Of a stretch of DNA of 35,182 nucleotides, positions 1 through 6,138 are shown in pieces. The position numbers and the translations under genes are program-made. How positions within the stretch are numbered: the first letter of the stretch is position 1; each line of letters opens with the position of its first letter. The DNA comes from a virus. A model generated the notes under the pieces. That model did no database searches. It saw only the letters and a list, made by a program, of their open reading frames with translations, and was not told where the DNA came from. The stretch spans positions 1 through 35,182 of the IMG/VR virus record IMGVR_UViG_3300020125_000277; one strand, 5' to 3'.

Positions 1-127
1 GCGAAACCATCCAAGAAATGACCACCGATCAAATACAAAAATGCATAGATCTCCTAAAATCAAAGATTACCGGAGAAACAGAATGAACGACCTAATCAGA
101 ATACTAGACAGCCTCTGCAGAAAAAGC
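1..127. repeat. Terminal direct repeat, copy 1 (identical to 35056..35182); most likely an assembly overlap of a circular or circularly permuted genome
   Basis: Base-by-base reading shows 1-127 (gcgaaaccatccaag...ctgcagaaaaagc) equals the last 127 bases of the window. Confidence 0.9.
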
Positions 128-253
128 GGAGCACTACCAAAAGAGTACGAAGTATGGAAAAACGTATATAACACCGGATACAAACAAGCTTTACAAAAAG
201 TACGAGACTATGTAAACAAGAAAGAACTAATCATTAACCAAATGGAGAAATAA
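83..253 (+). CDS. Hypothetical small early protein (56 aa, MNDLIRILDSL...)
   Basis: ATG 83 overlaps the TGA (84-86) of the ATPase gene once the genome is circularised. GGAG lies at 72-75. The tracked start at 41 sits inside the upstream gene. Confidence 0.6.
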   Translation: MNDLIRILDSLCRKSGALPKEYEVWKNVYNTGYKQALQKVRDYVNKKELIINQMEK

Positions 254-254
254 T

Positions 255-593
255 ATGTTAGATATAAACAATGTAAAAGATTTATTAAAAATTTTAAGCT
301 GTTTAAAAGAATGTGAAGATAAAAAAGAAAGTTCAACATTTCTAATTATAGGAAAATCTTATTTCATAAGAACAGTTACAATGAATCATATTGGAAGATT
401 AATAAATATTAATGATAAAGAACTTCTTCTTGAAGATGCATCTTGGATAGCAGATAGCGGAAGATTTCATAATGCATTAAAAGATGGTGAATTAGATGAA
501 GTAGAACCATTCGTTTCAAATGTAATTATAAATAGAGATTGCATAATTGATATTACCGAATGGCTTCATAAAATTCCAAGGAGTCAAAAATGA
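255..593 (+). CDS. Small conserved phage protein of unknown function, paralog A (112 aa)
   Basis: ATG 255 has GGAG at 244-247. The core YFIRTVT..GRL...ELLLEDASWIADSGRF aligns by eye with YVIVRTYSAGVFAGYL..REVVLLSARRLWRWSGAA of the 1293..1574 product. The stop overlaps the next ATG. Confidence 0.7.
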   Translation: MLDINNVKDLLKILSCLKECEDKKESSTFLIIGKSYFIRTVTMNHIGRLININDKELLLEDASWIADSGRFHNALKDGELDEVEPFVSNVIINRDCIIDITEWLHKIPRSQK

Positions 594-602
594 CAATATC
601 AA
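587..602. repeat. 16-bp direct repeat aaaatgacaatatcaa, left copy, flanking array 1
   Basis: Identical to 799..814 at an offset of 212 bp. Contains the ATG of the repeat ORF. Confidence 0.9.
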
Positions 603-796
603 TTTTAAAATCTAACGAATTGAGCGGGAGCGGGAGCGGGAGCCGGAGCGGGATCTGGAGCCGGAGCTGGAGCTGGAGCGGGAGCTGGAGCGGGAGCTGG
701 AGCCGTAGCGGGAGCGGGAGCTGGATACGGAGCTGGAGCGGGAGAGGGAGCGGGAGCGGTAGCCGTAGCGGGAGCCGGAGCTGGAGCTGGAGCTGA
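590..796 (+). CDS. Repeat ORF 1: 11 unique residues (MTISILKSNEL), then (Ser-Gly/Trp/Arg)n from 28 AGCNGG units
   Basis: ATGA overlap with the upstream stop. AAGGAG at 578-583 lies 6 nt before the ATG. Whether this frame is the one translated is uncertain (see findings). Confidence 0.4.
   Translation: MTISILKSNELSGSGSGSRSGIWSRSWSWSGSWSGSWSRSGSGSWIRSWSGRGSGSGSRSGSRSWSWS
623..790. repeat. Hexanucleotide tandem array 1: 28 units of AGCNGG
   Basis: Counted directly. Position 4 is G in 13 units, T in 9 and C in 6. Only 7 substitutions occur at the other five positions combined. Confidence 0.95.
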
Positions 797-798
797 AT

Positions 799-814
799 AA
801 AATGACAATATCAA
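799..814. repeat. 16-bp direct repeat aaaatgacaatatcaa, right copy
   Basis: Identical to 587..602. Here the ATG (802) opens only a 7-codon ORF, MTISNQY*. Confidence 0.9.
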
Positions 815-844
815 ATCAATATTAACTAAATAAGGAACAGAAAA

Positions 845-1282
845 ATGACTAATTACTTTACAAGTTATGAACCAGTAACAGAAGAAGAAGCCTTAAACCT
901 ATTACCAGATGGCGAATACGAAGGCTGGATACGCGTAGTAGAAACAAAGAACGGCACAAAGCCACATACAAAAGATAAAACCTACGTAGTCCTAACTGTT
1001 GATGTATACGACGCTAACGGAAAGCCACGCACACAAACATGCTGGTGCGCTCTTCCGCATCTCCTGAGGCACGCCTGTGATTCTACGGGCCACTTAAGTG
1101 AATACGAGAACAAGACCCTCATTTTGTCAGACCATCTTTTAGGTCAAGCCCTAAATGTGGTAATAGGTACACAAGACGCAAAAGATGGATATAATGCAAA
1201 AAATTACATCAAAGATTTCAAACCATTAGGAAATAACAAAACAGTAGTTACACCTAATCTTAATGACGATATAACTTTTTAA
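845..1282 (+). CDS. DUF669-like protein (the ssDNA-binding-like partner often found with Sak4/AAA_24 recombination ATPases)
   Basis: 145 aa. The N-terminal pattern LLPDGEYEGWIRVVETK..G......VVLTVDV.D.NG matches my memory of the DUF669 consensus (LPaGEYEa.I...E.K.t..G....L.f.V). AAGGAA SD. Confidence 0.5.
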   Translation: MTNYFTSYEPVTEEEALNLLPDGEYEGWIRVVETKNGTKPHTKDKTYVVLTVDVYDANGKPRTQTCWCALPHLLRHACDSTGHLSEYENKTLILSDHLLGQALNVVIGTQDAKDGYNAKNYIKDFKPLGNNKTVVTPNLNDDITF

Positions 1283-1292
1283 GGAATGAATA

Positions 1293-1574
1293 ATGAAATA
1301 CGTAATAGTAAGAACATATAGCGCTGGTGTATTTGCAGGTTATTTAGAAAGTAGAACTGGACGTGAAGTTGTATTATTAAGTGCTAGAAGATTATGGAGA
1401 TGGTCGGGAGCTGCTTCACTTTCACAACTAGCAATGGAAGGTACAAAAAATCCTGAAGATTGTAAATTTCCATGTGAAGTAATTCGCGTTGAACTATTAG
1501 AAGCAATCGAAATATTAGATGTTACATCAACAGCAGAACAATCAATAAAGAGTGTGCCAATATGGAAAGCATAA
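1293..1574 (+). CDS. Small conserved phage protein of unknown function, paralog B (93 aa)
   Basis: ATG 1293 follows AAGGAA. Shares its core with the 255..593 product. I recall the sequence type (VRTYSAGV..G.L......V.L..ARR.W.WSGAASLSQLA) as a widespread uncharacterised phage family. Confidence 0.7.
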   Translation: MKYVIVRTYSAGVFAGYLESRTGREVVLLSARRLWRWSGAASLSQLAMEGTKNPEDCKFPCEVIRVELLEAIEILDVTSTAEQSIKSVPIWKA

Positions 1575-1786
1575 TTAATTACGGTTACGGTTCCGGTTCC
1601 GGTTACGGTTCCGGTTCCGGTTCCGGTTCCGGTTCCGGTTCCGGTTCCGGTGACGGTTCCGGTGACGGTGACGGTTACGGTTCCGGTTACGGTTACGGTG
1701 ACGGTTACGGTTCCGGTTACGGTGACGGTTCCGGTAACGGTAACGGTTCCGGTTACGGTAACGGTTCCGGTAACGGTTACGGTTAA
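1562..1786 (+). CDS. Repeat ORF 2: MESIIN, then (X-Gly)34 with X = Ser 15, Tyr 10, Asp 5, Asn 4
   Basis: ATG 1562 lies 13 nt inside the upstream gene. AAGAG lies about 10 nt upstream. The ORF ends with TAA immediately after the last repeat unit. Confidence 0.45.
   Translation: MESIINYGYGSGSGYGSGSGSGSGSGSGSGDGSGDGDGYGSGYGYGDGYGSGYGDGSGNGNGSGYGNGSGNGYG
1580..1783. repeat. Hexanucleotide tandem array 2: 34 perfect units of NNC-GGT (only TCC, TAC, GAC, AAC)
   Basis: Parsed directly. All 34 GGT triplets and all 34 third-position C bases are invariant. Confidence 0.95.
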
Positions 1787-1934
1787 ACAGTTTATGGCTG
1801 ACGATACTCTCATGCTAAAGCGTCGCACGCCTAGAGGGGAAAATAGGCCGCCAGTTTCACAGCCCAAGTCATGAGTGGGTAATAACCTTGACATGCGGTA
1901 GGGTATACTCTCCTTTTCAGCCCGTGACCGCAGT

Positions 1935-1963
1935 TTGCTACAAAAGAAATAAAACGGTACACT
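1935..1963 (+). promoter_or_regulatory. Candidate weak sigma70 promoter for the two small basic genes
   Basis: TTGCTA (1935-1940), 17-nt spacer, TACACT (1958-1963). Each hexamer matches consensus at 4 of 6 positions. Confidence 0.25.
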
Positions 1964-1991
1964 TAACTATCAATCACTTTGGAGAACGACA

Positions 1992-2114
1992 ATGGCACAT
2001 GCAAAGAAAGAACATAAACTCAGAGACATGAAAAAAGAAAAAATGCACAAAGAAAAAAAGAAGTCTGCCAAAATGAAAGAAGCCAAGAAACACAAAAAGA
2101 AAAAGGAATATTAA
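1992..2114 (+). CDS. Lys-rich micro-protein (40 aa, MAHAKKEHKLRDMKKEKMHKEKKKSAKMKEAKKHKKKKEY)
   Basis: Not in the ORF track because it is under 60 aa. GGAGA at 1981-1985 lies 6 nt before ATG 1992. The stop is directly followed by the next ATG. Confidence 0.5.
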   Translation: MAHAKKEHKLRDMKKEKMHKEKKKSAKMKEAKKHKKKKEY

Positions 2115-2267
2115 ATGCCTCTGAAGAAAGGTCGATCAAAAAAGGTGATTGGCGAGAATATCGCTACAGAAATTCGAGCCGGAAAACCACAGAAACAAGC
2201 CGTAGCGATTGCCATGAGTAAAGCTGGTAAAGCACGTAACGTGAAAAAAAAGAAGTCCCGCAAATAG
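2115..2267 (+). CDS. Small basic protein (50 aa, [39 protein letters not shown]...)
   Basis: ATG 2115 abuts the upstream TAA. The motif KKG.S.K.I..NI..E...GKPQKQA.AIA...AGK resembles a conserved small bacterial/phage protein family. I do not recall the family name with confidence. Confidence 0.55.
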   Translation: MPLKKGRSKKVIGENIATEIRAGKPQKQAVAIAMSKAGKARNVKKKKSRK

Positions 2268-2276
2268 CGGGATTTT
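2256..2276. terminator. Bidirectional intrinsic terminator between the convergent early (+) and late (-) operons
   Basis: Stem tcccgc (2256-2261) and gcggga (2267-2272), loop aaata, then tttt. On the other strand the hairpin is followed by cttctttttttt. Confidence 0.75.
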
Positions 2277-2283
2277 ATCTTTA

Positions 2284-2490
2284 TTATGCCCCTAAAGTAT
2301 ACATGTAAAGCCATTCCAAACCATTATTTTGGTTATCACCGGAATTTACACACAAAAATACCTTATTAGTTGTTGTATTTCTCCAGGTATTTGCATAGCT
2401 AATATAACCATTATCTGTATCTACATTAGTCGTTGGATCTGCATCTGATTCCCACCACCACGGGGATCCATAAAGAATTGGTGCTGCCAT
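2284..2490 (-). CDS. Trp-rich small protein, last gene of the late operon (68 aa)
   Basis: ATG with GGAG 6 nt upstream. Sequence GSPWWWESDADP...TWRNTTTNKVFLCV. No family recognised. Confidence 0.55.
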   Translation of the reverse strand: MAAPILYGSPWWWESDADPTTNVDTDNGYISYANTWRNTTTNKVFLCVNSGDNQNNGLEWLYMYTLGA

Positions 2491-2499
2491 AATTTTCTC

Positions 2500-2970
2500 C
2501 TATGCTAAATATCTAATAAACATCCAATTGAGATATGGTGCTGTTCCACCGTCCATACCAACAGACTGAACAGAGCCATTTTGAATTTGACCAACGAAAG
2601 CAATCGTTTGACCAACCGTAACCAAAAAGTTAAATGATACACAAAATCCAAAATTATTCGCAGGCGTCTTTAAAGCAGTCATACCACATTCACTAGCTCG
2701 ATATGTTGTTCCATTTATAGAAAAATGTGACAGATTATTATTTCCGCCGTTTATTATATTATTAAAATTAGCACCTACAGAAATAAGATAATTTCCTGTT
2801 ACTGGTGGATGATATAAACCAGTACCAACATTATAATTAGAGGAATCACCAAAACCAACAGTGTCATAAAGAACAACATATTGTGTACCATTACCAGTAA
2901 CGCCTGTTACTCCAGTATTTAGATATACAAACAAAACAGGTGTGCTTTGTGCACTAACAATATTAGTCAT
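2500..2970 (-). CDS. C1q/TNF-like jelly-roll domain protein 3 (156 aa)
   Basis: Paralog of the two upstream genes. TGLYHPPVTGNYLISVGANF fits the C1q signature (G.F..P..G.Y.F). AAGGA SD. Confidence 0.6.
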   Translation of the reverse strand: MTNIVSAQSTPVLFVYLNTGVTGVTGNGTQYVVLYDTVGFGDSSNYNVGTGLYHPPVTGNYLISVGANFNNIINGGNNNLSHFSINGTTYRASECGMTALKTPANNFGFCVSFNFLVTVGQTIAFVGQIQNGSVQSVGMDGGTAPYLNWMFIRYLA

Positions 2971-3423
2971 CTATGAAATCCTTCTTCCAGTAAAATTACT
3001 ACTAGTGTTAAAAGCAACTGTCTTAGTAGATCCGCTACATTGGAATGATATATAAGCTGTATCATTAAGATTCATATTAACACCCATAACACTTCCTTGA
3101 CCCATGCAAGTATTTGCCGGAGCTCTTATTGCACCTGGGTTAAATTCACAAAGAACATAGGTTTTACCGGTCGTTACCAAAGAACATACCATATTAGTTT
3201 GAGATGTTGTATTATTGGCATCCACAAAAGCACTAAAAAAGTAATTACCAGGAATTTTTGCTGTGAACACACCAGTTGAAGTATTATACCAAGCAGATAT
3301 ACCTTGAGTAAGTGTATTAAATACACACTGATATACTGTTCCATCTCCAGTTACATTGCTTGCAGATGAGTTGTTTGTTGCCACAAAATAAGGAACAGAA
3401 TTAGTTTCAATCATGCTGGTCAT
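2971..3423 (-). CDS. C1q/TNF-like jelly-roll domain protein 2 (150 aa)
   Basis: TGVFTAKIPGNYFFSAFV, LNDTAYISFQC and the C-terminal SNFTGRRIS fit C1q-domain landmarks. The start overlaps the upstream stop (TAATG). Confidence 0.65.
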   Translation of the reverse strand: MTSMIETNSVPYFVATNNSSASNVTGDGTVYQCVFNTLTQGISAWYNTSTGVFTAKIPGNYFFSAFVDANNTTSQTNMVCSLVTTGKTYVLCEFNPGAIRAPANTCMGQGSVMGVNMNLNDTAYISFQCSGSTKTVAFNTSSNFTGRRIS

Positions 3424-3869
3424 TATAAAAATCCTTGTACATTTAAATAACTATTAGCACCCAATCCACAAACCTTTGTTGAGTTTGAAATCTGTACTGT
3501 AAAACTTGCCGTATCACCGCTAGTCATTTTTACAGAGCAATTTCCTTTCAATCCAAAAATATTAGAATTATTTCTACCTGTACCTGTGCTTAAAGTTTGT
3601 AATTGAAAAGTACCATAAGTAGCCACTAAATTAAGAACACATAATGTATGAGCAGAAGCTAAACCAGTCACTTCAAAAAGATAAGTAAAACTGTAATACA
3701 TACTCTGTGGCGCTGTAAAAACACCCGTAGAAACATTATATCCGCTACCGGACCCTTGAGTGTCCAATATGATAGTATATGTGGTTCCATCTCCTGTTAC
3801 GTTAGAAAGAGGCGTAGCCAAAGTCACATTGGTAAAAGGATAGGTATTTGTTTGAGCAATATTTGTCAT
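3423..3869 (-). CDS. C1q/TNF-like jelly-roll domain protein 1 (148 aa)
   Basis: TGVFTAPQSMYYSFTY, SGDTASFTVQI and the C-terminal SYLNVQGFL match the C1q-domain pattern, including the typical s.FsGfLl end. The start is 1 nt after the fiber stop. Confidence 0.65.
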   Translation of the reverse strand: MTNIAQTNTYPFTNVTLATPLSNVTGDGTTYTIILDTQGSGSGYNVSTGVFTAPQSMYYSFTYLFEVTGLASAHTLCVLNLVATYGTFQLQTLSTGTGRNNSNIFGLKGNCSVKMTSGDTASFTVQISNSTKVCGLGANSYLNVQGFL

Positions 3870-3870
3870 A

Positions 3871-6138
3871 TTATGCTATCACTATATTAGCGCCTAGCGC
3901 TGGATAAACAACCCAAATATTTGTTTGAGTATCAATAAATGTTATAGCGTCAGTAGCTGAACCTGCTGTAGAAGTTGCACTACCTCCAGCTGCTCCAAGT
4001 GAAGATCCAAATTGTATAGTGTCAGCGACATTTGCGTTTATCTTCCATCCGGATGTCGAAGCACTAGCTAGCCCAATAATTTCAATTGTTTTCCCACTAC
4101 CTGTTGCCAACGGTAATGTGCCAACCATCTGTCCGCCAGAATAAGAAACAAAATATCTTGTCTGCAAACTTAATGATTGAGTTGATGTGGTGATAAAAGC
4201 CTTAGCGTTTATTCCAAGTGAGGATGCTACACTTACTAAGTTGTTGCTACTATCAGTAGCGACTCCCATAGAGGCTGATAATCCACTTAAATTTAAACCA
4301 GTAGTACTTAATATGTTAGTACTCGGATTAAATAATATTCCACTGCCTACGCTTAATGCCTGATTACTAGTAGTAGATAATGGTACAAGCGGTATGATAA
4401 ATGAAGCATTTGTTGATGTTGCTGTAGTTGCTACATTGGTTGCATTCGTCGCAGTTGTAGAGGTAGTTGCATTTCCACTCAAAGATGCTGTAATAGTTCC
4501 TGCACTGAAATTACCACTAGAATCACGTGATACAATTGTTGATGCAGTATTTGATGATGTATAAGCCAGAGATATCAGGTTTTTTCCAGCGTCAGTAACA
4601 ACAGCTTCAGATGCTGTTAAACTATTAATCTCAACTATACCTGTAACACCCATAAATAAACCAGTTGTGAAAGATGCTGTAGCACCACCTGTAACACTAC
4701 TAGCATACTTTAAAAAGAATCCTGTAGGTGCTAGTTCAAAAGCAAGCGCAGATGGTCCACTAGTTACATATTTGTAGGTTGCTGCGGTAGCATCATAAGC
4801 AACGTTATATCCCATGAAAAATGATGATACTGACCCGCCATATTCGCCTATATTATTACCATGTGGTAATTGCAAATAATTCCCATCTGCAAGAACGGTG
4901 GGGAATTTTATTGCTGCATTGGTTCCAGTAAGAACAGAATTACCAAATAAGTTTATTCCAGAATCAACCACTACACCAGCAGTCCCAGAAAACTGCGGCA
5001 TATCTCCACTTGTAATAGATCCACTATAAGTGACAGGTGACGGAATATTTGCTACAGTAGTATCTACACCCGAACAGTTTATATAATTGAATCCAACTGT
5101 TATTGTTCCAGCTGATTCAAATACCAAATAAACATAATCATTTGTATTTAAAGGAACTAATCCGCTAATTGTACAAGTGGTTGGACTTGTAGTGGTTCCT
5201 ATAAAAAATGATTGCTGATATGATGTCGGTACTATTGGACCTCCATTCTCTTGAATAGTAATAGTCGCTAGCATACTTTGTGGCGTACCAGTTGATGCTG
5301 CACTAAAATCAAACTCAACATTAACCCACCTTGTTCCACCAGAAGCCAAATTCTTAAATATAGGAGTCGTTTGACTACTAATAGTAGTGGTTGTTACTTG
5401 TACATCATTTTGATAAATAGCACTAAAACTACCAACATCTACGTTAGGTGGTAAAGATTGTGACCCAGTAAATACCGTATTTGTAAGGTTTCTATTTACA
5501 ACATAAGCACCTGCTACTTGAGTGGTAGCGCCACTACTTCCAGCAGAATCAAATGTAATAGAACCATTATTATTATTCGTAATGGTCATATTAGTGCCAG
5601 CAATAAACTCAATACTGCCACTATTTCCCATAATGTCACTGACTTCACCTTGTGGAAACCATATTCCTGTAGAAGAGTTATCTTGCAAAGCAACAAAAAC
5701 TTTACTAGTTGCTTGAGATGTAAATAAAGGAGATGTTCCAAACGTCAAAACATTCACATCTTTAGTGCCAATATTCATAATTATTGGCCCTTGGTACAAC
5801 CCAAAAGCATCTGGAGGTTGTGCAGTTGGTAAATAAAGATTCAATCCAGAGGTGGTTGTACAATCTAATATTATTATATTTGGACAAGGATTTGTTAAAT
5901 GATAACTTCCTGCCGTAAATGAAGCATCAGTCAGCATCAATTCTGAACCAGAACCTAAACCAAAAGACATATAAGAATTATTCTGATTTTCTGAAAATAG
6001 AGAAGTCTGCAAATCAGAAAACTTAATAGCAGAATCATCAGTAGGTCCATAAGGAGTATTACCTTTGTAAAATAAATCATCATCTGCTGCTGTTGTAGAT
6101 GGGTTATCACTATAAACTTGTGAAATATTTCTTGACAT
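3871..6138 (-). CDS. Large tail fiber / receptor-binding protein (755 aa)
   Basis: Ser/Thr/Gly/Asn-rich beta-type composition and size. Sits directly upstream of the C1q-like trio. GGAGG SD. Confidence 0.65.
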   Translation of the reverse strand: MSRNISQVYSDNPSTTAADDDLFYKGNTPYGPTDDSAIKFSDLQTSLFSENQNNSYMSFGLGSGSELMLTDASFTAGSYHLTNPCPNIIILDCTTTSGLNLYLPTAQPPDAFGLYQGPIIMNIGTKDVNVLTFGTSPLFTSQATSKVFVALQDNSSTGIWFPQGEVSDIMGNSGSIEFIAGTNMTITNNNNGSITFDSAGSSGATTQVAGAYVVNRNLTNTVFTGSQSLPPNVDVGSFSAIYQNDVQVTTTTISSQTTPIFKNLASGGTRWVNVEFDFSAASTGTPQSMLATITIQENGGPIVPTSYQQSFFIGTTTSPTTCTISGLVPLNTNDYVYLVFESAGTITVGFNYINCSGVDTTVANIPSPVTYSGSITSGDMPQFSGTAGVVVDSGINLFGNSVLTGTNAAIKFPTVLADGNYLQLPHGNNIGEYGGSVSSFFMGYNVAYDATAATYKYVTSGPSALAFELAPTGFFLKYASSVTGGATASFTTGLFMGVTGIVEINSLTASEAVVTDAGKNLISLAYTSSNTASTIVSRDSSGNFSAGTITASLSGNATTSTTATNATNVATTATSTNASFIIPLVPLSTTSNQALSVGSGILFNPSTNILSTTGLNLSGLSASMGVATDSSNNLVSVASSLGINAKAFITTSTQSLSLQTRYFVSYSGGQMVGTLPLATGSGKTIEIIGLASASTSGWKINANVADTIQFGSSLGAAGGSATSTAGSATDAITFIDTQTNIWVVYPALGANIVIA

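Noticed and set aside
1-127. Interpreting the 127-bp end identity as a genuine T7-like direct terminal repeat
   Set aside because: It falls in the middle of coding sequence, and its length matches a common assembler k-mer. It cannot be settled without read-level data.
605-814. Tracked minus-strand 69-aa ORF encoding (Ala-Pro)n across array 1
   Set aside because: It has a TTG start, no SD, and runs opposite to a tightly coupled plus-strand operon. I kept it only as an alternative in the frame-paradox finding, because its Pro wobble coincides with the variable base.
623-1783. Possibility that the two tandem arrays are CRISPR arrays
   Set aside because: The units are 6 bp with no spacers, there are no cas genes, and both arrays lie inside coupled ORFs.
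1650-1874. Tracked plus-strand 74-aa Val-Thr/Val-Pro ORF
   Set aside because: Its GTG 'start' is just an internal repeat codon with no SD. The frame is mentioned only as a possible read-through extension of the 93-aa gene.
1340-1894. Tracked minus-strand 184-aa ORF (TV/TG repeats)
   Set aside because: It is antisense to the SD-supported 93-aa gene and stays open only because the array lacks stops. There are no start signals.
1889-1910. TTGACA ... TATACT promoter-like pair
   Set aside because: The spacer is only 10 nt, which is incompatible with sigma70 geometry.
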